DNA of 64,000 nt. Source: Eutreptiella sp. 'Long Island Sound 2002' (lineage: Eukaryota; Protista; Euglenida). The notes below the pieces were generated by a model. That model searched no databases and had not been told where the DNA came from. It saw only the letters and a program-made list of their open reading frames with translations. The position numbers were made by a program, and so were the translations under genes. Numbering within the stretch: position 1 is the stretch's first letter; every line of letters begins with the position of its first letter. The DNA lies in contig OZ038378.1 of assembly GCA_964036045.1 (NCBI GenBank), positions 18,104,001 to 18,168,000 of the forward strand, read 5' to 3'. Below are positions 37,083 through 49,505 of this stretch, in pieces.

Positions 37083-40067
37083 GGTGCACCCTGCAAACTG
37101 ACAGCAAGCAGATGAATACGGGCATTCGTCACCACGACCCCATCCAATCGTCAGTGTCCGTCCCGTCACATCTTTTACGCGTCCACTGTCACCTGCTGTG
37201 CTTAACTGCACACAAATGAACGAATATTGAGCAGGCAACATGCCATTGAAATTGCATGTACTCTCAAACAGGAGAAAAAATCTTATTTTCTTCCGAGGCA
37301 TGCAAGCAATACTGTTCCTTGTTATGGTGGCTAGTCTTGTTCACAGCAAAACGAAAAGGAGGTACTGGTGGGGACTGTGACGGTGCAAAACAATGAACAG
37401 GGGCCACGCCAACAGGGTTTTCAATCGCCTCAGTTGTGATGGAAAATAGGCTGCAATGCCTAGAGCTGTTGTCCTTCCACTTTGAGGATTGTTGCAGCTT
37501 GGCGGCAGCGAAGAGTACAGTTGAACAGCCACTATCATCAACCGCGACCATCAAAATTCTTGCAGCGATTGTTGCAGCAGTCAAGCTGGCAAAGGGGTGG
37601 AGCAAACGGCAGCAGGTGCAATTTCATGCACAAGCAGAAGAGCAGGGAGTAACATGTGCATGCCAAACAGTAACAGAACCGGTCAAAGGCGGTTGATCGC
37701 TTGTTCACAAGGCGCTTAGAAGTGCAGACTCGGGAGGATTCTATCCCATGGCACGAGAGCAGAGATGATCAAGGTGCTCTTATGGGGCATTGTGTAGCAG
37801 GCAAAATGGTCATCAACCAGCCTTCACGACACACTCCTTCCTCACGGCCCCCTGGCAACTTCTTGCCCCACTTCCGGGAGGATGTTTGCCAGTGGCCAGG
37901 GAAGACCATTTTGCCACTGGTCTTCCCTCCTTTTTGCAGCAAGCACCCACAGCTGAGGTTTATAAAGTGCATCCTCCAGCATCCTTTCGAATAGGTGGTC
38001 GCCTCAGGACAACATGGTTCTGAACATAGGCTGGAACAAAGGACACAATGCAGGTTTATGCACCCAACCGCTCTGGCAACCCAGAAGAGGTGGTCGCCTG
38101 AAGACGAGTGGATGCAAATTTTCGTTGGCCAACCCCTCCAAGTGGTCACCAGGTTCCACACTCACCTGCATGGTGGTTTGATGTTGGTCCAGGTACCCAA
38201 GTCACCCAGATGAGAGTATTCGCAGCCTTCCCTGCCCCTGCCCCTAGAATGCCAAATTTGGAAGATATGGTGGCACCAATTTTTTTCTTTTGTTCTACAT
38301 CCGGCCACTTCTTTGCAGTTTTTTCGCCATGTTCATTTGTTGCACTTGGTGTATGGTTTATATTGTGTCCTCCCACCCTGCCTCCCCAAGTTGGTCCACT
38401 AATAGTGCGGGGTAGGTTCCAGCAGGACGAGTCCTGGCTGCCACCTGAGAGACTAAAGGTCTAGAACAGGGGACTGAAGATAGTGGATGAACACATCTCC
38501 ATACGTCCTTGGCCGAAATTTTCTGTTAAGGGCGCATCTGAACCAATACTAAATTGGACCCCAAATTTCACTATGTCTTGACGATTGGACATCAAGTCCA
38601 CAAAGCACAAAGTACTCTGTGTGGCCACCGATGGAACGGACTCGGCCAAGATGGAGCTTTTGGAGTTGAAAGCAAGGAGGTGGGGAGGGCGGGAAGGATG
38701 AATACTACGGAGCAATTAAAATGGTGTTTTGGAGAAAAGTGACGCTCTACCGAACGCACCTTTGGGTTAAAAGGGAGCATTGCACCCTAAGCACAGAATT
38801 CTCCATCATGCCTGTGGGGATTACTGTATCCTCTGTGTCACGAATTCCATGTATTCGCTGTCCACTTGCTCCACACACTTCTGCTCTGTGTTCACCCTTT
38901 GTTAAAATCCTGAGTGTTGGGGGACCCTGATGGTCTGTTTGCACTCTCTGCACTGCCACTGCCACCACCACCACCCCCAACACCTGTGAAAAATGTAACT
39001 TGGGTACGAAGAAACCGTCAGTGCGTGTAATTTTTTCTCTCAATAGAATCATGTATCTTTTTCGGATAAATTGTGCAAAAACAAAAAAAAGCCAATCACT
39101 AAAAAAGTCGTTGGTGCATATAATCTTTTTTTGGGGTAACGCCGCGTATTTTTTTTTTACAGTAAAGGCGAGTAATTTTGTGTCCACAATAATGCCACTT
39201 TTGCAACATGCACGCAATATGTACAATTGCGGGTCACCCCATAGCAACCTTAATGATGGCACGTTGAGTCCACAAAGCACAAAGTACCCCTCGGGCTCTA
39301 AGCCATCCATGCTTCACTCACAGGAAGCATCCTTGCCTTTGAGTGGGGTGGGGGTGGCTTGAACACTCTCCTGGATCTTGAAAAGTGCACCCTGAACTTG
39401 GCTGCTAGGGGGTGAACTAGGAGGGCAAGGAAGCTCATCCACCCCTTCCAAATCATCACCGGGCGCTTGAATGACACGCACACAGTGATCGGCATTAACA
39501 ATGCTCAATACATAGCCCACGAAACCTAGAGGCATTGGGGTGAGGCGAAGATCCAAAAGGGAACCCCGGTGTTCAACCATGTTGTTTGTGATGTGTAGGC
39601 TATGAAACTACAAACTGACTGTCTTTTTGGAATCCCAAGCCGTGGTGCTTGGTGGTAAAGCTGTGTCGCTTGAGCGTTGCTAAAAAAGGGCAGATCAAAG
39701 CAAATGAGCTCAAGGGTTCCCAAACCCAAATTCTCAGACATCCCAACCGGACACGACAATCCATGCCACAAACAAAGCAATGCAACCCCTGCTTGTCATC
39801 ACTACTGACCACGAAAGTGTGGCGACGGCACCAAGCCATGTTCAAGATGGCCACATAACCCTTGCCTTCTTGGGGGTCCCTAGTGCTCAGCACGGGGAAA
39901 AAATTAGAATTGGCTACTTCATCCCTGCCTTCTCGGGCCCCAAATCTGCGCAAGACGAAAACATAATTCCTGCCGGCATGGGGCCCCCCAACACGCGGAC
40001 AAAATGAGAAGTGGATAGTGGCCATGAATTTTGGTTTCGTTGTAATTGCGCGGAATTTTTTTTTTTT

Positions 40068-40480
40068 GCAGTAAACGCGAGTAGAAAAATTGTGCAATCG
40101 TGGAGTTGTTTGTGTTAAACACGAGTACAAAAAAATCGTACCATTGTGTATTTTTTTTTGCAGTAAACGCGAGTACAAAAATTGTGGGAGGGTACAATTG
40201 TGGAGTTGTTGGTGTTAAACACGAGTACAAAAAAATCGTACCATTGTGTATTTTTTTTTTGCAGTAAACGCGAGTACAAAAATTGTGGGAGGGTACAATT
40301 GTGGAGTTGTTTGTGTTAAACACGAGTACAAAAAAAAACGTACCATTGTGTAATTCTTTTTGCGGTAAATGCGAGTACAAAAAAATTGTAAATTTGTTTG
40401 CGGTAAACACAAATACAACAAAATTGTATGTTGTGCAATGTTTTTTTGCGGAAACGCGAGTGCAAAAAAATCGTACCGTC
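40068..40480. repeat. Tandem minisatellite, unit about 101 bp
   Basis: Units start at 40068, 40160, 40261 and 40362, with an internal submotif AAAC(G/A)CGAGTACAAAAA. Confidence 0.9.
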
Positions 40481-40920
40481 GTGTAATTTGATTCAAGGGA
40501 TGAAGAATACGCAGCAAATGCAAAGCCCCCTCCCCCCCTCACTACCGAAGTGAACATCAAGGAAGGGCGCAGGGTGAGGGCCACCACTGCACCTCACCAC
40601 CGAGGATGCAACATACAGCGGTGGCCTCCCTGCGTAGCCTGATTTGCAATTGGCACCGGTCCGAAATACACAGAATTGCCATAGCCTCTTCTCGCGATGC
40701 GGTAGTACATCCACGTCGCACCACGTTTCTTTTCTGCACGCGGATTCTTCCGACTGCACCCATGCTCCAGACAGAGGCCCACAGGGTCAGATGACAGCAC
40801 AACACGCCCCGCCTTGTACCTGCGCCCCTCCCGACGCGGCATTGTGTCACCCGAGCTGCGGCCGCCCCAGGAGCATGCGGCAGCCCAAGGCAAGAAGGCC
40901 GCGTGCCACCGAGGGTCGAA

Positions 40921-42423
40921 TCAGAGATGGTACAGTTTGAGGGTCAGGGTGTGCAGCGTGGGAGCCGTCCTCAGTGCAGTCAGTGCATGTGCGCCCTTGT
41001 CCCCCACTTTATTCCTGTACAGATTGAGGCTCAAGGTACGCAGCACAGGGGCGCCCTTGAGCATAGCCAGCGCCTGTGCGCCCGCATCATCGACCTTATT
41101 CCAACTGATATCCAAGTGCAAATCCCGCAGGGCGGGGGCATCCTTCAGTTCAGCCAGAGCCTGCGCACCCCTGTCCCCTACTCTGTTGCCGCACAGGTTG
41201 AGGCTCAGGCCATGCAGCCCTGGGGCTTCCTTGAGCGTCGCGAGCGCACGCGCACCGCTGTCGCCGACCCTGTTCGCCTCTAAATCGAGTTTCAGGGTCC
41301 GCAGGGCCGGCGCTTCCTTGAGCGCCGCAAGCGCCCGCCCATCCCCCACGTCATTCTTGCGGAGGTCAAGGCTGAGGGCACACAGCGCCGCGCACTCCTT
41401 CAGCCCGGCCAGCCCCTGCGCACTGCGGTCGTCGATCCCGCTCGCGCTGAGGTCAATGCAGAGGTCACACAACGCAGCGACGGACTGCAGCGCGGCCACG
41501 GCCTGCGCTACGCTGTCGGGGCCGGTCACGTTCAGCCGCAACGCAAGCGTCAGGTCCCGCAACGCGGGGGCGTCCCTCAGGGCGGCCAAGGCCCGCACAC
41601 TGCGCGCCTCGAGGGCGTTGGCCCTAAGATCCAGACGCAGCGTCTGCAGCGAAGGCGCGTCCTTCAGAAGGGCCAGCGCCTGCGCACCCCCGTGCCCCAG
41701 GCCGTTGTCTCGGAGGTCGAGGCAGAGGCTGGAGAGCACGGCCGCGCCCCTCAGCGCCGCAAGCGCCTGCGCGCCGCTGTCGCCGACGGCGTTGGACCGC
41801 AGGTCGAGCGTCAGCGTCTGCAGCGCCGGCGCGGCACCAAACGCGGCCAGCGCCTGTGCGCCGATCCGCCCGATGCCGTTGGACTTGAGGTCGAGCGTGA
41901 GGGCGCGCAGCGCGGGGGCCTCCCTCAGCGCCGCCAGGGCCTCCGCACCGATGTCTTGGATGTCGTTGGACCCGAAACGAAGACTCAGCGCCTCAAGAGC
42001 GGGAGCGCCTTTCAGAGCGACCGCAAGGGCCTCTGCCGCTGCGGACCCCAATTGATTGTTGTGGAGGTCGAGGGCTAGCGTCCGCAGTGCCGGCCCTGCC
42101 TCCAGCGCCGCGAGGGCCTGGACGCCCTTCGGCCCCACTTTATTCGGGCAGACAAGGGTCAGGGTGTGCAATGCAGGCGCGCGGTGGAGGGCGGCGAAGG
42201 CGCGCGGCAGGTGCTTGGTCAGCGTCGGCAGCCGCAACGTGAGGGACCGCAGGGTCTTCGCAAGCGTCGCGACTCGCGTCGCGTCCTGGCGCGATGAGCA
42301 CGCCATCACTGCGTGCCGCGTGCCTAAGGCCTGCCGCAGGCGGGTGCAGACTTGGCTCAGGGCATTCGAGTGCAGGAAATCTGCAATGTCTTCCCACAGT
42401 TCGAGGGCCAAGGGCAACCGCAT
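40921..42423 (-). CDS. F-box-like plus RNI-type leucine-rich repeat protein (intronless, about 500 aa)
   Basis: N-terminal LPLALELWEDIADFL..LSQVC, then about 14 repeats of about 28 aa (ALAALKEAPALRTLxLDLxxNxVGDxGA). Confidence 0.9.
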   Translation of the reverse strand: MRLPLALELWEDIADFLHSNALSQVCTRLRQALGTRHAVMACSSRQDATRVATLAKTLRSLTLRLPTLTKHLPRAFAALHRAPALHTLTLVCPNKVGPKGVQALAALEAGPALRTLALDLHNNQLGSAAAEALAVALKGAPALEALSLRFGSNDIQDIGAEALAALREAPALRALTLDLKSNGIGRIGAQALAAFGAAPALQTLTLDLRSNAVGDSGAQALAALRGAAVLSSLCLDLRDNGLGHGGAQALALLKDAPSLQTLRLDLRANALEARSVRALAALRDAPALRDLTLALRLNVTGPDSVAQAVAALQSVAALCDLCIDLSASGIDDRSAQGLAGLKECAALCALSLDLRKNDVGDGRALAALKEAPALRTLKLDLEANRVGDSGARALATLKEAPGLHGLSLNLCGNRVGDRGAQALAELKDAPALRDLHLDISWNKVDDAGAQALAMLKGAPVLRTLSLNLYRNKVGDKGAHALTALRTAPTLHTLTLKLYHL

Positions 42424-43332
42424 GACGAGCCTGCGGAACACAGCGCCCATACATGGGGCCAAAGCAAAATGCGGGGCAAGGGAAAGGGTTCTGCCGCTTG
42501 GGCGTGCCCCACAGGCCAAGTGCGAGAACAACTCGGGATCCGGTGTTCGAAAGATGGGCTACACAACACTCCCCCGTGCAGAGCAGAGGGCCCTGAGCAC
42601 CAAGCTCGCATTAACAGCACAAACGCAATCCAGTGCTGCAGGCACGCGCCACGGAATGCGTTGAGGTGGTCACACTGCCGGTGCGTATCTAATGCGAATG
42701 GACTATGGTGAGGTATTGCCTACGCTTCTTCCTGAAAAGGATCCCCTGTTTCCGAAAAAAAATTCAATGAATGGCATTGCATGTGTTGCAGCGAGACTCG
42801 AGTCTTGCCCGGCACGTCGTGGATCTTGTCCTAATGCAGGAAATGCACACCTGGTTGTTCTCTCAGGTCCCTTTCTATGGCAGAGGCCCATATGCAATAG
42901 GAAAGTTGCACGGTGTGCATGTGGTGTGCATGTGGTGCGTTGGACTCCTGCTCCAGCTTGCTGGATTCTAACCAACCTCAAACCAAGAACCAAAAGGGCT
43001 GTTCTTCTGCTTCAGGGAGGGGGGAGGTGACAGGAGCCCCTTGGCTAGACCCCCCTCCCCCAAAAGGGCTCCCATGACGGAGTACCCTTGGTACAAATGG
43101 CAAAAGGGGGAAAGGGAATCCGGTGGTTTTCTCAAGTAAGCACTGCACCCACCAATGCAGGCCCATCACAAGGTTCATGGTATACTGTGCTCCCGTAATT
43201 TTGGCTGACGGGGGGCGCCCATGGTACGCTGAAATTGCTATGATACATCAGAAAGGAGTTGTTCTGCGGTCCACCTCTCTACGGTGGGACCCCCTGCCCT
43301 CCTGTGTGTTGTACGGCACGTCATGCTTTGTA

Positions 43333-44098
43333 CCCCCCCCCCCCTTGTATAAGCTACGCCAATGTACGGAATTATTACGGTCCCTACGCCCACTGTAGCT
43401 TGGACAAGGGCGTAGCTTGCGCGCAACACATACAACTACTGGCACACACGTGCGCATGTGCATGGCATGAGTGCACCTTGACCTCCGCCCACATTTCCAA
43501 GTGCATGGAAACACAAGAAAGCCTTGGGAACATGAAAAGTTCAGGTTCACACCCATGTTGGCACAAACAATGAAGGATGCGAAGCCTACAAATGTTCGGC
43601 TTGGAAACCCTTCTTGCGATCGTACACCATGCGGAACAATTGCACATGCTCACCACTTGAAGATGCGTGAACTCGATTCTTGGGAGGGGGGCACAAGGGT
43701 GTGTGACCATCTGCCCACCCTTCATGTACTCCAACACCGCAAATTGGTCCCCCTTCTCCGATGGTCCCTTCGTTGTAGCATCCACACGGTCACCGGTGGA
43801 ACACGTGAAAATAACTAGACACCCAGGTTCAAAAAGAGAAGATTGCATGGTGAGCTGATGCAAAAAAGGGGAATATAAAGCACAAATATTCCCAAATTCA
43901 GAGCCATGTGGGTTGAAGTGGGCAAAGACTCACAAATGTGTCCATGGCTCCATGTAATTGGCAAACGTGATGGCAAACCCATGTCTTATGTGGCCGCACT
44001 ACATCTTGTACGTAATTAAAATTACGTACACAATTATTACGGTCCCTACGCCTACTGTAGCTTGGACAAGGGCGTAGCTTATACAAGGGGGGGGGGGG
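43333..44098. mobile_element. MITE with perfect 28-bp TIRs and TA flanks
   Basis: TA|C12-TTGTATAAGCTACGCC ... GGCGTAGCTTATACAA-G12|TA. Related internal motifs (CTGTAGCTT..ACAAG) recur at about 50140-50670. Confidence 0.85.
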
Positions 44099-47000
44099 TA
44101 CTACCTCCCTCCTTCCGTCTCACTCTTATTGGTGGGGGGGGGGGGGGGAAGAAGGGGGAAAGAAGGAGAAGGTAGGAAGGCACAAACCTGCCCCAAGGGA
44201 TCAGCATGGCGGTCACCTTAGAGTGGGCCAACCATAGGGAACTTGGCCACAGGATATTGGGAAAGCCCTGCTCTGGAGCACCCTTGAGGGGCACAGAGAG
44301 GAGGCCCGAGCCCTAAGATCCCTCGGTCAATGGGGGTCGCCCCCTGGCCTCTGGCCATGGGTGGACGATAACCAGGTACACCTAGGCTGAGTGGGTACTC
44401 CACACCCGCAAGGGATGGGGAGAGGTGGAAAGGGGTTGCTAGAAAGAGGGTACATTTGCCCGGCACGCCCGCCATCCAAATGAATGGTCCGGCCATCGAT
44501 CAAAATGCTTTACCCCCAAACATCACTCTCTCCTCTAGCACAGGAACCCTAAGCACAACACATTGTATGACTGTTGAGGATCGATTAAATTCCCATTTTT
44601 TCGCCCAAACCGGACGATCATATGCACCCTACCCTTGTAGGCCCCATCATGGCCACCCACCTCAAAATCAAAGAATCCCCCTCTTGTGCGTGACAGACCA
44701 CTCAAGTGGCCACGGGGAAGAGTGGGAGTCCTTAAACCCAACTTGAGGGGCCACACCAAAGCGTGGGAAAACTTTGCTTGGTGCGCCCGGCGCACTAACG
44801 TACTCTCAAATGCTTTGCTGTCGACGAAGCTATCCGCACGAACCTTGTGTGCAGGTGTCAGAAAGGCTGTGTCGGAGGTAGGGTGGGCCGGAGGAAACTT
44901 TGAGCGGGGAACAAGGGGTTAGACCGTGAACCCGCCACCAGCCGGGCCCCGAGGGAACCTCGGGCGACTACCCGTGAGGGAGACACCCAAGGGAACTAGT
45001 GGTGAAGGGCCCCCGTCCGGCTAGTGGTGGCCACCAAACAAAAAAAGGGGAGGAAGGCGCAAACAACACAAACACGGCCGTACAGAAGTTCACCATTACC
45101 ATTCGTGTTCTGGGGGAGTTGTTGCACGGTGCGCGCACGGTGCACGCACGGTTCAATGTTTTTGGAATATGCACCCAGCTTCTACCCCGTTCAACAGACC
45201 CCACAGAACCACACCCAGGGTCCCAATTTCTGCACCCTGCAGCAGCCCTTGCTGACATACTAGGATTTTTTTTTGTTCTGATGCTTGTCACAGGTCCTAA
45301 CTTCTGCACCTTGCAGCTCTTGCTAGTATACCAGAATTGAACTGAAATTCTCCACGAAGACCTGGTGTTCCAAAGGTCAGGTTGCAAGATTTTTTTTAAA
45401 GTTTATCTGGTTGTACAGAAACAGGGAAATAAGCCTAGCCTAATGCATAAAAGCCTTCGCCCGCACAGTGAAGGGTTGTGCCCAAGCGGGAGGGGACAAG
45501 ACGCACAGAGAGGGGTTTATTTTCAGTGCAGTCTCCACCACGCTCTCTCAGACCCTATGAGTGCCACGGCGTCGTCTCGCACCCCCCCCTTCTGGGTGAA
45601 GAACCCCTCCCCTCTTACCGTAGCACTCAGCCAACAGAATGCATCGTTGAATAGAAAGAAAGAAAATTTTGGAAAAGGAATTTTTCAAAAAGGGGGCAAC
45701 CAATGGTCAACCAACAGCTGAACAGCTGTCTTGCATCCACAACAACCATGAAGAACCCAATTTTGTGGAAAAAAATAGGCGTTCTGGACCTGGGTAGTAA
45801 ACAATACCCAAAAACATGCACGGTGCGCGCATGGTGCGCGCACAGATCAAGCAACACCCCCTCTCACTTATGTCGCTTGCAACATCCTCTGATTCGTTGT
45901 TCTAATTTCGTGGCACGTCATGGTGAGTACTTGAAGCCGGTATGCGCTCCTTCACTTCATGAAGTGCACTCACCTTCAACTATTCAACTTGTGTTGTCTT
46001 TGGCGCCTTCCGCGCATTTCCACGCTTGCATTCCCTTGCTCGGGTGAGTGGTTCCAAAATCTAGGATCCCCCCTGCCTCTTCCGATTATGTCCCTAATTT
46101 GTTCTACAGCACAACTGCTTTTTCCTATATTTTGACTCCATCTTTGAATGTCTGAATGTCTCTTTTCTTCAGCTGCTCATCACACGGCACTGCCTCCATA
46201 CTTGCATGAGACAGACAAGCCAGACAAGCCAGGGTGCTCGGTTTCACCGCTTTGCTATTTTGCATGATCACCATCACATGGGGGCAGACAGCTAGCCTCT
46301 AAGACCAAAGGAGGGCCGAGGATGACTAGCGGCGCCACCTGTGTCTGTGAGGTGCATGTGACTTTATCCTATACTGAGCATGGATAGCCCTTGGTCTGTC
46401 AATACGCGTTGAAACTTCGATGCAGGGCACAACCCACTGTACATAGTGGATTGCAGCTTTATTGTGAAGCACACACATTATTAGACTAAAGGTTGAAGTG
46501 CCTATGGCAAGGGCATTCAGTCAATGAAAACCAACCATTGCTCACACACACACACACACACACACACAAAATTGGCTTGGGTGTCCGGGTCTGCGGTCTA
46601 TGACCCCCCATTTAATGTTTATCTCTTGGGTTTGTGGTGCCAAATGGTTTGTCAAACCGGCACAATCATAGCAGTGCATCACGAGTTTGAGGTATGGGTG
46701 TTGAGAGTCGAGCTAGCCACACGCTAGATACTCCAAGTGTCATTGTACCCCCCCCCCCCCCCCGCGAGACCGTTTCAATTTCAATGTGTTTGCTAGTTAA
46801 CATTTGTTATGGAAGTTTGTGTTGCCTATGTGTGACACAAGGGATTGCACTAGTCTGCCGTTGCTTCAACTCAATCACCTACATGCGTTCTATGATATTC
46901 TCTCTCTAAAGGGGGTGTTGTTTTGCTTTTTTGAGACGCAAGATGGGTGACCATGTAGCCACTGTTGGGGGCCTTCACCAAATGGGCCATAGTTTTGCCA

Positions 47001-47490
47001 CATTCGGTACATGCACACTGAAGTGGGTTATGAGAATGCTCAACTCTCAAGGCTAGAGACTGTGGTGGTTGCATCCCCAAGTCTCCACAGCCACCAGACA
47101 TCAGCATGGCTTCAGAACCCCAAACACAGACACAAGCAACTGTGGTGGCAAATGTGTCCCAGAAGCGCTGCCCCCAAGGTAAGAGCAAAGCCAGCCCAAA
47201 AATAGGCTGGTCAATTTGCCCAAGCAGGTGCTAAACTAGCTACCAAATGAGCCCCACACTCCATTGCCTCATCATCATGAGCCCGTGCTCCAAACTCAGT
47301 CGCTGTCATGCAAACTGAACATGTGCAACACTTCAAAATGTGCTATTCTCGCACCCAAAAAATCTACACCGTTCCTTTGGACGGTGCACAAGAGCCCCAA
47401 TAACATTGGTATTACAGCGATAACATTGGTGCCGCATCAAAGCAAAAGTACCCTCACCCATGTTCTGTTATCTTGCATCATTGGAGGGTA

Positions 47491-48321
47491 CCCTTCCCCC
47501 CCCCGTGTTCAGGAACCAGCAATGTTTGACCGCGGAACCAGGGGTCGGTTCTTGCGCACACTTTTCCCCCTAAATTTGACCGCGGAACCAGGGGTTGGTT
47601 CTTGCGCACAGCCGTGGGCAACCCCGTACCGCGGAAAAAAATTTTCCGGCGCGTTGCGCCGGGACATGCATGCCCTCTCCTTTCCCACAGTTAACCACGT
47701 TGACAAATGAACACCAAAGGAGTGAATCTCAGCTGACTGGGTTGTAGTGTGCCTTCCAACGTGCATGGGATGATCTACTGTTCAACTGGCTGAGAGGAGA
47801 GGAACTTACAGGTTTTTATTTTTAAACCCCACCCTGCTCTCTCGGACCCCTTGGGTGCCTGGGCGTCCTCTCCTCCCCCCCCAGTAGGGCAAGAAGGTGA
47901 AACCTGCCTGCCCAGGCACCCAACCATCAAACAGCACCTGTTTAACTAAGAAAGGATGGTTCGCCAAGAATGAAAAAATAAAATTTGCAAAGTGGTGCTG
48001 TCAGTGGCCCCCTGTGTTTGCCTGACGTTTGTTTGTTTCTTGTCAGGGGCTGCTGGTTGCTTCGGGGAAGGGGTCGAGAGCACGGGGGAGGTGTTTAAGG
48101 GATATGTGCGCCTGTGAGTGACTGATAGGGTCCCCCCTGATGGGGGGACCCGTAGTAACACACATGAAATGATGTCCTGCACACCTGAATAGCTGTCCTA
48201 CATCCACCAGAAACATGAAAAACCTACTACCCTGGTAAAAAAAGTGATGCGAGAATTGGACCGCGGAACCAGGGGTTGGTTCTTGCGCAAGGTGGTTCTT
48301 GGACACGGGGGGGGGAGGGGG
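47491..48321. mobile_element. MITE-like element with C-rich TIRs
   Basis: TA|CCCTTC9GTGTTCAGGAACCA ... TGGTTCTTGGACACG9AGGGGG, with three internal GACCGCGGAACCAGGGGT(C/T)GGTTCTTGCGCA repeats. Confidence 0.65.
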
Positions 48322-48861
48322 CACACTTTGCCTCGAAATACCCTTGCCACCCCGGATGGTGACGTGTGAGCTGGCACGTGTGTGTTGTTGGTTGAGGCGA
48401 AGTCAGGACAACATGCAGCACATGCAGATCACAGGAAAGAGGGGAAAGCTTGTCAAGAGCTGAACATGAGTCTAGCTGTCTACTTTGCGCCGGATTATCC
48501 AGTGCAAATCCAGCGTCAAAAATTTCAAATCCAGCGCAAATCCAGCGTCACCCTTCCCCAACAAGCCCACTGTGGAAAACGATCCCTATCCATTCCCAAA
48601 TGTCCGGTACCCTTGCCAGTGTAGTGAACAACATCAGTCAATGCGTACAAGCACCAACGGTCCCCAAGAAAATTTTGGCTCGCTGCGGCATGCTGCGGCA
48701 TGCTTCAAGCTGTTGGTTAAGGGTACCATCATTTTCCGAAAGCGGCACAGGTTTGTGATGCCTCGGTAGTTTGAGTATCCACAGGACTTGACATGTCAAA
48801 ACAACACCAAAAAAGCGAACATCTGTGCAACAATAGAGAGGAACTGACAGGCAAAAAATTG

Positions 48862-48932
48862 CCCTTTCCGGGAATGGAACCCAGGACCCTTCAAACTGGG
48901 ACCTGGTTAGGGTAGATCACTGAGCTACCATC
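48862..48932 (-). mobile_element. tRNA-like Pol III (SINE) head
   Basis: A-box-like TAGCTCAGTGA and B-box-like GGTTCCATTCC; no complete cloverleaf. Confidence 0.5.
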
Positions 48933-49445
48933 CAGTTCTGAGACATCTGTGCAACAAAGGGTTCACAGGTTCACATGTTATGAAAAAAAAAAAGTCCGCC
49001 ATGTGAAAATTTTGGCTCGCTGCGGCATGCTGCGGCATGCTTCAAAACCCCCACCAACAGCTCCCAGAATCTGGCGCTGCAGCATGCTGCGGCATGCTGC
49101 GGCATGCTGCTGCCGTTGGTGCTTGAATGCGTACAAATAATTTTGGAAATCTCTGGTCCTGATTGATATCGTACTGCACCCCACAACTTCTCAGCAGATC
49201 CAGCTCATGTGGCACATGGTATAGTGGTGAAACCCTCTTCAAAAGCGAGTACAGCATTCTGAAAAAGTGGTACATTTGTGTAACAACTGTTGCAGGATAT
49301 GGCAACTGTACATCAGCCTGTACGTCTCCTACTGCTTGGCCTTCAAGCATCACAGCATGCAAATGGAAAGAACGGGACTGAAAACACCAGCAGAGTTCAT
49401 TAACAGCACGCTGACACTGACGCTGACAGGTGCAAAAATTGATAT

Positions 49446-49505
49446 CACTGGGAATTGAACCTGCCACCCTGCAGACCAGTGCCTAACCCACTACAATACA
49501 CCACC
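49446..49505 (-). mobile_element. tRNA-like Pol III (SINE) head
   Basis: TTGTAGTGGGTTAG ... GGTTCAATTCC. Confidence 0.45.

Noticed and set aside
40068-40480. CRISPR-like array
   Set aside because: The intervening sequences are themselves repeated, there are no cas genes, and the context is eukaryotic.
40814-42664. Long plus-strand ORFs (413 and 202 aa)
   Set aside because: Antisense shadows of the LRR gene.
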